Below, one piece after another: positions 38,658 to 52,330 of a stretch of DNA of 64,000 bases. Below the pieces are notes generated by a model, which worked only from the letters and a program-made list of their open reading frames with translations, did not search any database and was not told the DNA's origin. The position numbers and the translations under genes were made by a program. This DNA is from an uncultured Pseudomonadota bacterium (lineage in GTDB: Bacteria; Myxococcota_A; Polyangia; Fen-1088), in the NCBI GenBank assembly GCA_963737345.1, contig CAVTSM010000013.1:26280-90279 (forward strand). Direction: 5' to 3'. Within the stretch, counting starts at the first letter, position 1, and each line of letters opens with the position of its first letter.

Positions 38658-39395
38658 ATGATCTCCATTCAGGGGCTGAGTAAACGCTACGGCGAGTTCG
38701 AGGCCGTCGCACCGTTTTCGCTGCAGGTGGACAAAGGCGAGGTCTTTGGCTTCCTGGGCCCGAACGGCGCCGGGAAGACGACGACCATCCGCATGCTGAT
38801 GGGGATCCTGGTGCCGTCGGCGGGCCGCGCCCTGATCGACGGCCTGGATTGCCACGGCGACGTCGCCGACGTCAAACGCCGCGTCGGCTACCTGCCGGAC
38901 AGCCCCGTCTACTACGACTATCTGCGCGGGCGCGAGATCCTGGCTTTCGTCGGCGAGATGCACGGCATCGCGGCTAGCGACGCGGATGCGCGGGCGCGCG
39001 AGCTGTTGGGTGAGCTGGACCTGGGCGGCGCCTCCGAGGAGTACGCCATCAACTATTCGATGGGCATGAAGAAGAAGCTGGGGCTGGCCTGCGCGCTCAT
39101 CCACGATCCGCCCGTGCTGATCTTGGACGAGCCGACCAATGGGCTGGATCCGCGCGCGGCGCGCGAGGTTCGGGATCGGCTGCAGGCCGCCGCCGGTCGC
39201 GGCAAGACCATCTTCGTGTCCACGCACCTGCTCGACATGGCGGAGCGCCTTTGCACCCGCGTCGGCATCATCAACGGCGGCCGCCTCGTAGAGGTCGGCG
39301 ACGTGGAGACGCTGCGCCGCAAGCTCGCGCCGGGCGGTTCGCTGGAGGAGATCTTCATCAAGGTGACCGAGCGAAACGACGCGGAACCGACGTGA
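38658..39395 (+). CDS. ABC transporter ATP-binding protein
   Basis: GPNGAGKTT, YSMGMKKK, ILDEPTNGLD, STH. Confidence 0.95.
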   Translation: MISIQGLSKRYGEFEAVAPFSLQVDKGEVFGFLGPNGAGKTTTIRMLMGILVPSAGRALIDGLDCHGDVADVKRRVGYLPDSPVYYDYLRGREILAFVGEMHGIAASDADARARELLGELDLGGASEEYAINYSMGMKKKLGLACALIHDPPVLILDEPTNGLDPRAAREVRDRLQAAAGRGKTIFVSTHLLDMAERLCTRVGIINGGRLVEVGDVETLRRKLAPGGSLEEIFIKVTERNDAEPT

Positions 39396-41673
39396 CGGGC
39401 CGGATCACCGCAGCCCGTGCGGCATCGTTGCTGGTGCGCCTGCGCTGGCGTCGCGTGCGCAATCGATTGTTCGCCCGGCCGCAGAAGACCACTCTGCCGG
39501 GTGCGCGCAGGGCGACGCCTGGAAAGAGTCGCAATGTTTGGCTCACCGCGCTGGCTGGCGCCTATTTTCCGGTCATCGTGTTCCGCACCGTCAGCATGGT
39601 GCTGGATGCCATTGCACGGCACGAAGGCTACGCCGCCGCCGCGGGGCTGACGGGCGGCCGCGGCGCGCACATGCTCCCGGTTCTGGCGGCGGAGCTGGCC
39701 GTGGTCATGGCTGCAGTCTTGCTGGCGTCGATGATGACCCGCGAGCTCACGTCGCCGGAGTGGGATCTCGAGTGGCTCGTGACGCTGCCGATCCCGCGAC
39801 CCACGCTGATGGCGGTGCGCATCCTCGAACGCACGGTCGTCAATCCGGTCGGCCTCCTCCTCATTTGGCCTTATGCGACGGTCATCGCCTGGCGCGGCGG
39901 GCTGCGCTTGGCGGCCCCCCTGCTGGCAGCGGCCTGCGCACTCCCGCTGCTGGCGCTCGTCGCCGCCAGCTGGGTGCTGGCAGAGGCCGGATTGCGCGTG
40001 CGTCTGTCGGCGCCCCGCCTCCGAAACGCGCAGGCAGTCGTGACCGTTCTGAGCTTGGCTGCCTTTTTCGTGGCTTACTCGCCCGAGACGGGCTCGGGCC
40101 GCGTTGTCTACCGCATGGCCGCGGCGCTCGCACCCGTCTGGCGTTGGAGCCCTCCAGGTCTCGCGATCGCGGCGCTGACTCCGCCAACACCGTTCGGGTG
40201 GCGTTCGATCTCGTGGCGCTCACGTTCGAGACGAGCCTCGCGATCGCGCTCAGCCTGGCAACGCTTCGCCACCTGTTGCGGCACGGCCTGGTCACGGGCG
40301 GGAGTCGCGAAAGCGGGCGCGTCCCCGTGACGCTCGCCCGTCGCAGCGCCGGGCGGGTTCCTCTGTGGCCGCCGCGCTGGCTTTCCCCTGTGCAGCGGCG
40401 CGAGCTCCGGCTGCTTGGCCGCGACCGAAACTTTCTGGTGCAAACCCTCTTCATGCCGCTCCTCATCGTGGGCATGCAGGCCACCTTCGGGATGCGTCAC
40501 CTGAGCCTGGGACCCGTCGGCTTGATGGCGGCTGGCTTCGCCGTTTCGGCGTACGCCCTCATGTTCTCGGCGTTCCAAGTCCTGAGCGGCGAGGGGCAAG
40601 CGCTCTGGATTCTGTTCACCCTGCCGTGCCGCCTGGAGAAGGTGCTGCGCGAAAAGGCGATGCTGTGGGCTGGCCTGGCCGCTTTGTACGTGACCGCCGT
40701 GGCGACCTTCGTGATCTTGAACCGAGGGCCTTCCCTCAAAGTCGTGGGGCTGGCGCTGGGTGCGCTGGCGGGCGTCCCGATCTTCGCCACCATCGCGGCA
40801 GCGTTCGGAGTGCTGGCCTGGGACCCGATGGCGGCAGTCGCCCAGCAGCGTCGCCTCCGTCCGGCATTCGCCTACCTCTATATGTCGCTCGCGGCCATGT
40901 ACACGTTCTCGCTGTATGCGAGCGGGCTCCACCAGCGCGGCGTCCTCATGGTGCTCACGGCCTTGGTGGCGATCGCTCTGTGGCAGAAAGCGCGCGACCA
41001 CCTGCCGTACGTGCTCGATCCAACCGCCGCACCGCCCAACACCATATCGGTGGCGGACGGCCTCATCGCAGCGCTGGTGTTCTTCGTGGCTCAAGCGGTG
41101 GTCGCCATCTTGTCGGGCGGCGGCCAACCGACCCTGGCGCTGGTCTACAAATCCTTCATCTGGGGCGGCGCCATCGCCTTCTCGGCGGTGCGCTTCGTCC
41201 ACTGGCGGACGGGTGCGCGAGGGGTGCCGGTCTACTTTGGACCGGGGTGGCGACGGGCGGTCGGGCTCGGCGCAGTGGGTGCCATCATCGCCGCGGCTGG
41301 CGGGGCGGTCTATCTGCTGGTGGCCCGCCGCTTCGGCCTGCTGCTCGCGGCGCCGGCCGGCGGCGTGCGCGCGGCGGCCTTGGCCATGTTCCCGCTGGTC
41401 GTCGTGGCGGCGCCTATCTTCGAGGAATACATATTCCGTGGGCTGCTGTTCGGTGGGCTCGTGCGCTCGGTGTCGCCAGCGCTGGCCGGACTCGCCAGCG
41501 CCGCCATCTTCGGCTTGATTCACCCCACCGCGGCAACCATCCCGGTGTTCTTCATGGGGCTGGTCGCTTCGGCGATCTACGCGCGGGCCGGCTTGCTCTT
41601 GGCGCCGGTCCTCGTGCACGCCGGGTACAACGCGGCGGTGGTCATCCTGCAGACCCTCATGACCGGGTCATAG
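39392..41673 (+). CDS. ABC-2-like membrane protein fused to a C-terminal CPBP (CAAX/Abi) intramembrane protease; frameshift near 40190
   Basis: Many TM segments in ORFs 39251..40330 and 39538..41673; APIFEEYIFRG, FGLIH, VHAGYN motifs. Confidence 0.8.
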
Positions 41674-41889
41674 CGAAGCGTCGCGTCAGGTCGGGGGGGG
41701 TGCCCCGGAGGGGGCCGGGACAAGTGCGTGCGGGGGTTGACATGTCGGTGGGGCGACTTAGTTGTACAAGTTGGACGTATGCCCAGGGCCCCCGCCGGAC
41801 TCCAGACCTTTCCCCCTGTCGATCGCGCCGGCGCAACAGAGGGGGCGGCGCTGCCTGGCGTTCGCAAACGAACCTCGACCGTGGAGTTC

Positions 41890-42258
41890 GTGGCTCGGCA
41901 GCGGCTCCTGCTCGTCGAGGACGACTTCATGCTTCGCCAGCACCTGGCTGAGCTGCTGGCGCTCGAGGGATACTACGTGAGCTCGGCGGCAGATGGCGCG
42001 GAGGCTCTCTGGCGGCTCGAAAGGGAGCCGCTCCCGTCCGCGATCCTCCTGGATCTGGTGCTTCCCAAGATGAACGGGATCTCCTTCCGGGAGGTGCAAT
42101 TGGACTCGCCCGTCCTTCGCGACATCCCGACCATCGTCATGACCGCAACGCGGGGCATTCGGGACCTGACACCGCTTGGATTCTCCGAGATCCTGTCTAA
42201 GCCGGTCCCTTTCGAGCGACTCGTCGAAGCTCTCACCAAGCTCTGTCCGGCGACCTGA
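41890..42258 (+). CDS. Single-domain response regulator
   Basis: LLLVEDD, ILLDLVLPKMNG, KP. Confidence 0.9.
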   Translation: MARQRLLLVEDDFMLRQHLAELLALEGYYVSSAADGAEALWRLEREPLPSAILLDLVLPKMNGISFREVQLDSPVLRDIPTIVMTATRGIRDLTPLGFSEILSKPVPFERLVEALTKLCPAT

Positions 42259-42319
42259 GCGAAGCGCGGCCGCCGCTCGTCCAAGCGAACGAGCTCGTCC
42301 AGCAGCTCCCGGCGTCTCT

Positions 42320-42550
42320 TCAGGTCCTCGGGCACAGGTTGGCAAGCGTCTGGAGCAGGTGGTCCAGATCGACGGGCTTCCGGACGAGGTCGGCAAAGTG
42401 GAGATCCCCTCCCTCGAAGTCGGTGAGCGAGGTGAGCGCCACCGTCGGGATGTCGCGCAGCGCAGGCGTGGCGAGCTGGAGCTTGCGAAACGCGATCCCG
42501 TTCAGCCGCGGCATGAGCATGTCGACCAGGATGACCGCCGGTGTCGGCTC
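42320..42550 (-). pseudogene. N-terminally truncated response regulator paralog
   Basis: EPTPAVILVDMLMPRLNG...LRDIPTV...KPVDL; the acidic-pocket N-terminus is missing. Confidence 0.65.
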
Positions 42551-42577
42551 TCACGCCCGGGGTCCAAGACCGGGCGT

Positions 42578-43795
42578 ATGATGCGCCTGGTTTGAGGCGC
42601 GCGCGGTCGATTCTCGGTCCCGACTCTGGCCATCGGTACGCTGCTGGCGTGCGCATCGAACAAACCGGCCACGGACGCCGGCGCGGCGGGCGCAGCGGGC
42701 GCCGGGCGGACAGCGGGGTCGGGCGCTTCGAACGGGCCAGGCGGAGCCGCACAGAATGGCGGCGTCGGCGGCGGCGGGCCAACCGGTGGAAATGCCGGCG
42801 TGCCGGGATCTCCTGGCGGCGCGGCGGGCACGGAGGGGCGCGGCGGAAACGGCGGCGCAGGCGCGGCGGGGCCATCGGGCGGCTCGAATGGCAGCGGCGG
42901 CACGCGGAGCGATGCCGGCGCGGACGGCCGTGGCGGCGGCCCCGGAGATCCTTTCCTGGGCGACGTCACGCCCACGAAAACCGGAGACCTGTGGCGGTTC
43001 GCGTTCGGCGACGTGGTCTTCGAGGTGAACGCGACCAAGGCCGCCAGCGTGACCACCTTCGCGCGCGGCGGGCACAACGTGCTGGCCGACGGCTCGCATT
43101 TTCGTCCCAGCCCGCAGAAGGCCTGGAACTGGCCGCCGCCACCCGAGATCGCCCAGAACGCTTACGCCGCCTCGCAGAGCGGAACGATCGTGACCATGGA
43201 AAGCCAGACCAGCACGCAGTGGGGCCTCAAGGCCCAAAAGCGCTTCTGGGCCAGCTCGGCCAACGACGTGGTCACGATCGAGTACACGTTGACCAACACC
43301 AGCGCCGCCCCCACAAGCTGGGGCCCGTGGGAGGTGAGCCGGGTCAATCCCACTGGCCTGACATTTTTCCCCGAAGGAACCACCATCCCCGCCAAGCCGG
43401 CTTCGTACGGCGGGCTGCTGGCGCTGCAGTCCGCGGGCGGCGTGGCGTGGCTGGACTACAAGCCGGCGCTCTACACGTCGGGCAATTACATCGTGGCGCG
43501 GGACGGGCTCGAGGGATGGTCCGCGCACGCCGAGGCGGGCGTCGTCTTCATCAAAGCGTTGCCGGACATCGCCCCGGCGCAAATCCCCCCGGAAGAGGGC
43601 GAGATTCAGCTTTGGACCGACAGCACCCACACCGCTTTGGAGATGGAGAACGAAGGCGCTTACGTGTCTTTGGGGGCCGGCAAATCTCTGGTCTGGACGG
43701 TCCACTGGTACTTGCGGTCCATCCCCGCCGACACCTCGGTCAGCGTCGGGAGCACCAAGCTGGTCGAATTCGTTCGCGCGCAGTTGCTGAAATAG
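42578..43795 (+). CDS. DUF4380-like lipoprotein; in-frame TGA at codon 6
   Basis: ATG 42578, TGA 42593-42595, then LLAC lipobox and GSHFRPSPQKAWNWPPP...WEVSRV...EMENEGAY, all in one frame. Confidence 0.6.
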
Positions 43796-43826
43796 CGCGC
43801 GACGCCCGGGCGTCCGGCGCGGCCGT

Positions 43827-44867
43827 TCACGCGAAGTCGCGGCGGTACATACGGACCAACGTCAGGAGAAACGCAACGGCGAGCGGACCGATGACCAACC
43901 CGATCGCGCCGAAAGCACTGATCCCACCGATGAGCGAGAAGAACACGACCCCGGCCTGCATCTCCATCCCTGCCTTCGCGAGGTACGGCTTGAGGACGTT
44001 GTCGACCAGCCCGACCACGAAGACGCCCCAGAGCGCCAGGAATAAACTCCAGGAGGGGTGACCGGAAAGGTAGAGGATGGCGGCGGCGAAGAGACAGACG
44101 CTGGCGGCGCCGACCGCCGGGACGAAAGCCACCAGGAAGGTGACGGCGGCAAAGAACAGAGAATGCGGGACGCGGCTGATGAGGTAGCCGGCCAGGGCCG
44201 CCAGAGACTGGGCGGCTGCGGTGATCAGCGCCGAGACAATCACCGAAAACGAGACCTTCTTGAATTCGGCGAAGAGCTCGCTTGTCTGCCCGGCGCGCAG
44301 GGGCAAGGTCTCGTCCAGCCAGGATACGATTTCGTCGCCTTGCACCAGGAAGAAGTACAGCGCGATCAGCATCATCGAGGCCTCGAAAACCACGGCGCCG
44401 GTGGCGGACGCAGCGGCCCAGATCGTCGCCGCCGCCCGTCCACCACCGCCGGCGCGCAGGACACTGCCGACCACCTCGTCGAGGTCCGAGAGCCGTGCCA
44501 GGGCCTCCCGCACGACCGTCGCGAACGACTGCGGAAGCCGCGCCAGCAAGTCCCTCACGCTGTCACCTGCCGCAATCTGCGTGACGAACTTCAGCCCGGC
44601 GTCTCCTTCGCTGAGAAGCACGATCGCCAGGGCGACGATTGGGCCGACCAGAACGGCAGCCAGGCCGAACACCAACAGGCCCGCCGACAGGGCGCCGCGC
44701 CCCCCGAACTTGGCGGTCAAGCGCGCGTGAATTGGCCAGATCACGCCGGCGAGAACGGCCGCCAGCAGCAGCGCGCTGGCCAGCGGACGGACGACGATCG
44801 CCACCAGCAGCGTCGCCACGGCGAGAAGGATCAGGAAGAACCGGCGTGCCTGGCGAACGTCTTCCAT
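43827..44867 (-). CDS. AI-2E family transporter
   Basis: Multi-TM; DNVLKPYL, GGISAFGAIGLVIGP. Confidence 0.92.
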   Translation of the reverse strand: MEDVRQARRFFLILLAVATLLVAIVVRPLASALLLAAVLAGVIWPIHARLTAKFGGRGALSAGLLVFGLAAVLVGPIVALAIVLLSEGDAGLKFVTQIAAGDSVRDLLARLPQSFATVVREALARLSDLDEVVGSVLRAGGGGRAAATIWAAASATGAVVFEASMMLIALYFFLVQGDEIVSWLDETLPLRAGQTSELFAEFKKVSFSVIVSALITAAAQSLAALAGYLISRVPHSLFFAAVTFLVAFVPAVGAASVCLFAAAILYLSGHPSWSLFLALWGVFVVGLVDNVLKPYLAKAGMEMQAGVVFFSLIGGISAFGAIGLVIGPLAVAFLLTLVRMYRRDFA

Positions 44868-45034
44868 CGTGCACCTCTAGGTGATAGCCGCCCGGATCAT
44901 GATGCCATCCTGGTGAGCAGGCCTGGCCTAAGCAAGGGCTCGTCGGGGTCGACCCGCGCGATAGCCGCCGACCTCGTGTACGCTGGTGAAACGCGGCGAT
45001 ACCGTGTGCGCCGCCGGACGCCTCCGTGCTCGTC

Positions 45035-45868
45035 ATGGACGAACCTCACTTCAGCGACGTCGAAATGTCGGACCCTCGCTTCGAGCGGGACGGCCTGCGT
45101 TTCATCACCGTGCGCAGCCCTGCGCTGGGCGGCCGTCGGGCGGACATCTGCATCTGGGCGCCGCCGCGGGGGCCAGGCGACGGAAAGCTCCGACTCGCCG
45201 TTCTGCTTCACGGCGCCGCGGGAAGCGCTTGGTCGTGGCCGCTGCGCGGAGGCGCGCACCTGACGGCGTCGCGTCTCATCGACACCGGCGAGATCGAGCC
45301 CGTCGCGCTGCTGATGCCGTCGGACGGGCTGTGGGGAGGTGGCAGCGGCTACGTTCCGCACCCGGACGCCGACTACGAGCGTTGGATCGTCGACGAGGTC
45401 GCCGCCGCCGCGGCGCTGGCCGACGACCGCATCGATCCCCAGGCGCCGGCGTTCGTCGCTGGACTATCGATGGGCGGGTTCGGGGCACTTCGCCTGGGCG
45501 CGAAGTACCCGGACCGGTTTTGCGCCATCTCGGCGCACTCGGCGGTCACGACGGTGGCGCGGCTAGCGGAGTCGACCGGCGATCGTCTGGACGACATTCC
45601 CAGCTTTGGCCAGCCCGACGGGACCGCGCTGCATTGGCTGGACGTGAACGCCGCGCGGCTGCCGCCGCTGCGATTCGACTGCGGCAGCGACGATCATCTG
45701 CTCGCCGGTAACCGCGGCCTCCACGCCGCGCTCGAATCCCGCGGGATCGATCACGTCTACGAAGAGTTCGCCGGCGGCCACGATTGGCCCTACTGGCGGC
45801 TGCACCTCGCCGACACCCTCCGGTTTTTCGACGGCGTGCACCCCCGCGAGCGAGCGCGCAAGCACTGA
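45035..45868 (+). CDS. Esterase (alpha/beta hydrolase)
   Basis: LLHG, AGLSMGG, DCGSDD, GGHDWPYW. Confidence 0.88.
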   Translation: MDEPHFSDVEMSDPRFERDGLRFITVRSPALGGRRADICIWAPPRGPGDGKLRLAVLLHGAAGSAWSWPLRGGAHLTASRLIDTGEIEPVALLMPSDGLWGGGSGYVPHPDADYERWIVDEVAAAAALADDRIDPQAPAFVAGLSMGGFGALRLGAKYPDRFCAISAHSAVTTVARLAESTGDRLDDIPSFGQPDGTALHWLDVNAARLPPLRFDCGSDDHLLAGNRGLHAALESRGIDHVYEEFAGGHDWPYWRLHLADTLRFFDGVHPRERARKH

Positions 45869-45880
45869 GCGGCCGCGCCC

Positions 45881-47167
45881 TCAGGGGCCGGTCGTCTTGC
45901 GGAAGAAGCGCGGCCCGGGCGTCACCAGCCAGACGGAGGCGGCGTCTCCGGTCACGAACGTGTTCCTGATCGCGCCGTCTGCGCCGCGCGCGGAGGGCGG
46001 CGCGTCGGTGACCAGAGACCAGTCCTGACCGTCGAAGTGGGCGACGTCCTCCCCGGCAGACCAGACATCGCCGGCGCCGCGCCCGAAGAGGCTGGTCATG
46101 TCTGGCGACCCCTGGTTGGGAGCGACACCCGCGATCGCCACCGCCGGCGCGTTCGTACCGTCGAACGCGCGCAGGCTCAGCCGCGTCGTCTGGCCGTTGA
46201 CGTTGGCCAGCGTCGACTGCGCCAGCCACAGCAGGGCCCCGCCGCGCCAGATGGCGTCGATGCCGCCGACGCCGACGCCGGTGCGGGTCCAGTTGGCGCC
46301 GTCGAAGTGATGCACGAACCCGAAGTCCATCGTGTTGCCGACCTGGTCACTCGGCCCCACGAACCAGACGCTGCGGGGGGAATCGATCCAGATGTCCGTG
46401 AAGCTGAAGCCGATGGTGGCGCCGCTGGTCGGATAGCTCGGGTCGTCGAAGTTGTACGTCGTCCAGGCTTCGCCGCTCAGGTGCAAGAGGTTGCTGGTGG
46501 CGGCGATCCAGACGTCGTCGGGCGCGGCGGCGCGCACCCGATTGAACTGCAGCGGCTCCATGAACGGTGGCTGGCGCACCATGTTGCGCCACGTCTCGTC
46601 GGTGAACCGGGTCCACCCGTTTGCGTCGCGGTGATAAAGGAGATCGGCTGCGGTCGCCCAGACGTCGTCCGGGCCGCTGCCGTGAACGCTGGCGTGCGGC
46701 GGCGCCGTCACCGTGGGGGCGATCATCAGCTCGGCGGTCCAGCAGCCGTGTTTCCAGCGAACGATCTCGGCACCCGCGGGTTCCGGGACGCCGGTCGGCA
46801 AGAACGTGCTGCCCGCGAACAGCAAATCGTCGGCACCGACGGCGAACGCGTCGGTGACGCTGAAACCGTTCAGATTCGAGGGAGCCGCGATCTCGACCCA
46901 CGTCCCCGCGGGGCCGGTCGGGATCGAGCAGCCGGGTTGACCGTCGCCGGCGGCGCCACCACCACCGCCGCCGCTGCCCGGCGGGCAACCCGGGGCGGAC
47001 GAACCGCCGCTACCTCCTCCCCCCGGATGGCCCGCGCCCGACGCGACGCCGGAATCCGCCCCACCCCCGTGGCTGGAACAGCCACCCGCGCCGGCCGCCA
47101 GCGTGGCGGCGCAGGCCGCCGTCACCGCCGCCACCCACTTCACGGATCGTTCGCGCTGAATGACCAT
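45881..47167 (-). CDS. Beta-propeller-like lipoprotein
   Basis: AGGC lipobox; repeated GSGPDDVW / HFDGxxW units. Confidence 0.75.
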   Translation of the reverse strand: MVIQRERSVKWVAAVTAACAATLAAGAGGCSSHGGGADSGVASGAGHPGGGGSGGSSAPGCPPGSGGGGGGAAGDGQPGCSIPTGPAGTWVEIAAPSNLNGFSVTDAFAVGADDLLFAGSTFLPTGVPEPAGAEIVRWKHGCWTAELMIAPTVTAPPHASVHGSGPDDVWATAADLLYHRDANGWTRFTDETWRNMVRQPPFMEPLQFNRVRAAAPDDVWIAATSNLLHLSGEAWTTYNFDDPSYPTSGATIGFSFTDIWIDSPRSVWFVGPSDQVGNTMDFGFVHHFDGANWTRTGVGVGGIDAIWRGGALLWLAQSTLANVNGQTTRLSLRAFDGTNAPAVAIAGVAPNQGSPDMTSLFGRGAGDVWSAGEDVAHFDGQDWSLVTDAPPSARGADGAIRNTFVTGDAASVWLVTPGPRFFRKTTGP

Positions 47168-47349
47168 CAGGGCACCATCACTTTCACCGCGAAGATGCGG
47201 CTCACGAACCTCACGTCAAAGCAGCGCGGCGGATGGCCCGCGACATTCCAAAGCTGGCTGACAGGCCTCGGTGACTTGGGTGACGCGCGGGAAACGCGCG
47301 GGCTTGCCGTTGTTTCCCGCCCGGGGACGCCTCATAGTTTCGACCCAGG

Positions 47350-49429
<2,080 letters not shown>

Positions 49430-49447
49430 TTCGACGGGAGCTGCCGG

Positions 49448-50299
49448 TCAGGCCGCCCGTTCGGCGGCGACGATCCGAATGTGCTTGAGCGCGCGCGTGG
49501 CTTTCCGCACGGCCGGCGACAGCGGCTGGGCAAGCGTGGGGATGTCGCGGTCGCGCAAAACCGCGAAGCCGGCCCCGGCCAGCATGTCCTTCATCGCCGC
49601 CGGCCGAAACAGCGACCGGAATGGTTCGCCGAGGCGCCGGACCAGGATGCGGACCAGCGGCACCAGCAGCCCCGGCGCGGCATAGGCGATGATCAGCCGG
49701 CTGCCCGGCGTCGATCGCGCGGCCACGACGGCCAGAGTCGCGTCGACCTCGGCGCGGGTCAGGTACATCACGACGCCCTCCCAGATCCAGGTCGTCGCTC
49801 GCGTGGGATCGTGCCCGGCAGCGGCCAGCTTGTCTTCCAACCGCTCGCGCGTGAAGTCCACGGGGACGAACCGCACCTCGCCCGCGGTTCGCGCCAGCGC
49901 TGTCGCCCGCCCGACCTTGTCTCGTTGCGTGTCCGGGTGGTCGACCTCGAAGACGACCGCCTCACCGAGCTCGCGCATGCGCCAGGCGCGCCCGTCGAAA
50001 CCAGCGCCCAGGATCACCACCTGGGGCGCGGCCGCCGCACGGACCTCCTCGTCGATCGCCACCGTGCGGATTGCCATCATGTGCGCGCGCGCCTTCAGGC
50101 TCTCGTCGGACATGCGCTCGCGCAGGCTGGCGGGCGCGGCGCTTGCCCCAGCGAAGCGCGCAACCCGGGCCCGCGCCTCTTCGGGAAGCAGCGCCAGCGC
50201 CGTCGGGTCCGAGAACCCGGGGATGGAACCGTCGCGGTGGGCAATGGCACGGGCCATCGCGACCATCACAGCCGTCTGGCTGGCGCGCCCCTCTTGCAT
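49448..50299 (-). CDS. Class I SAM methyltransferase (LCM-like)
   Basis: [26 protein letters not shown]. Confidence 0.9.
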   Translation of the reverse strand: MQEGRASQTAVMVAMARAIAHRDGSIPGFSDPTALALLPEEARARVARFAGASAAPASLRERMSDESLKARAHMMAIRTVAIDEEVRAAAAPQVVILGAGFDGRAWRMRELGEAVVFEVDHPDTQRDKVGRATALARTAGEVRFVPVDFTRERLEDKLAAAGHDPTRATTWIWEGVVMYLTRAEVDATLAVVAARSTPGSRLIIAYAAPGLLVPLVRILVRRLGEPFRSLFRPAAMKDMLAGAGFAVLRDRDIPTLAQPLSPAVRKATRALKHIRIVAAERAA

Positions 50300-50338
50300 G
50301 CCGGCAATCGTGCCACGCCGGGCAAACTTCGGAAGCTT

Positions 50339-52173
50339 TTAGTGGAGCGGTTGGCCCGCTGCCACGCCCGTCGTCCCGCCGAGCCGGATGTTCTCGATGA
50401 CGTGGGCCGTCGAGATGAACGCCAGGTGCGTGAAGGCCTGCGGGAAGTTGCCGATCTGCCGACCGAGCTTCGAAGTCGTATTCCTCGGCGTAGAGGCCCA
50501 GATGATTGCGCAGCCCGAGCAGCCGCTCGAACATCGCCTCGGCCTCGTCGAGGCGGCCGGCGTAGGCGTAGTTCTCGGCCAGCCAGAAGCTGCAGGCCAA
50601 GAAGGCGCCCTCGCTGCCCGGGCAGGCCGTCGGCGCCCGATTCGGTCGCGTACCGCAGCACGAACCCGTCGCGCAGCAGGCCCTTCTCGATGGCCGCGAC
50701 GGTGCCGACCATCCGCGGATCGTGCGCGGGCAGGAACCCGTAGTGCGGAATGACCAGCACGCTGGCGTCCAGGTGGTCGCTGCCGTACGACTGCGTGAAG
50801 GCGCCCACCTTGGGGTTGAACCCGCGGTCGCACACCTCCGCGTGGATCCGCTGCGCGCACCGCCGACAGGTGCGGCAGCAGCGATCGCCCCTCCGGATCG
50901 CTGACCCCGAATTCGTCGATCAGCTTGTAGGCGCGATCGATCGCCACCCAGGCCATGACCTTCGAATGCGTGAAGTGCCGGCGGCCGCCGCGCACCTCCC
51001 AGATGCCGTCATCGGGACGCTGCCAGGCGTCGGTGATGAAGTCGATCAGGGCCTTCGCCGGCGCCCAGACGTCGTGGCGTCCCGCCATCCCCATTCTTCG
51101 TCCCGAGTAGATGGCCGCCAGCGCCTCGCCGTAGACGTCCAGCTGGAACTGCCCCGAGGCGGCGTTCCCGACCCGCACCGGCTTTGACCCCTCGTAACCG
51201 GGCAGCCAGGGGAGCTCGAACTCGGTCAGACGCCGGGCGCCGGCGATGTCGTACATGATCTGCAGCTGGGCGGGATCGCCGGCGACGGCGCGCAGCAGCC
51301 AGTCCCGGAAGGCGCGCGCCTCGTCGACGTAGCCGCCGATAATCAGCGCGTCCAGCGTCAGGCTGGAATCGCGCAGCCAGCAGTAGCGGTAATCCCAGTT
51401 GCGCGAGCCGCCCAGCTCCTCGGGCAGCGACGTCGTCGGGGCGGCGACGATGCCGCCCGTCGGGGCGTAGGTCATCGCCTTGAGCGTGATGAGCGAGCGG
51501 ACGATCATGTCGCGCCAGCGCCCCTCGTACGTGCAGCGCCCCGCCCACGCCCGCCAGTAGCGCTCGGTCTCGTCCAGGACCTGCGCCACGTCCAGAGGCC
51601 TGCGGCGGCGTGCTCGTGCGACGCATAGGCGGCCAGCTGGTACTCGATGCGGTCTCCCTGACGGACCTGCAGGATGGCGCTGACGCGCGCGTTGGCTCTC
51701 GATCGGTTGTCCGGGGCCGCGCAGCGCGAGCGCGCTCGGACCGGCGACCAGCAGCAGCCCACCCGGACACGGGCGTGATCCACGGGCGATCGGCGCCGTA
51801 GCCGAAGCGCACGTTCAGCAGCATCTCGAGCTGAACCTCGCCTTCGAGGCCCTCGATGATTCGCACGAGGTCCGAACGCTGCTCGCCGCCGCTGATCGGC
51901 ATGAAGTCGGTGACCCGCACGACGCCGCCGTCGCAGACGAACTCCGTCTCGAGAATCAGCGTCTCGCCGCGATAGCGCTGGCGCGCTTCACGCACGCGCC
52001 ACGGTCGGCCGGATCGACCACGCCCCGTGCTCGTCGTAGCCGACCAGCGCCGCGAAGCACGCGTCGGAGTCGAAGCGCGGCGCGCAGAGCCAGTCGATCG
52101 ATCCGGTGCGCGAAACCAGCGCCGCGGTTCGCGTGTTCCCGATGAGCCCGTAGTCCTCGATGCGAGACGCCAT
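50339..52173 (-). CDS. Glycoside hydrolase family 15 (trehalase/glucoamylase-like) with several frameshifts
   Basis: IEDYGLIG...[49 protein letters not shown]. Confidence 0.9.
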
Positions 52174-52275
52174 GCCCTGAACGTCGGGCCTGCGGCTCCA
52201 TCCCGCCAGCCGCCCGGTCCCGAATCAGCCCTGGGCTCACGCGGCGAACGGGAGCGACGACGGATGATTCTGACG

Positions 52276-52325
52276 ACGACAAATGTAGTTGACAGGGGCT
52301 CACGACTTGAGACTACAGTCGTAGT
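52276..52325. promoter_or_regulatory. Two BlaI/CopY-type operators flanking a TTGACA -35 box
   Basis: ACGAC-AAAT-GTAGT (52276-52289) and ACTAC-AGTC-GTAGT (52312-52325) resemble TACA-NN-TGTA; TTGACA at 52289-52294. Confidence 0.7.
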
Positions 52326-52330
52326 TATAC

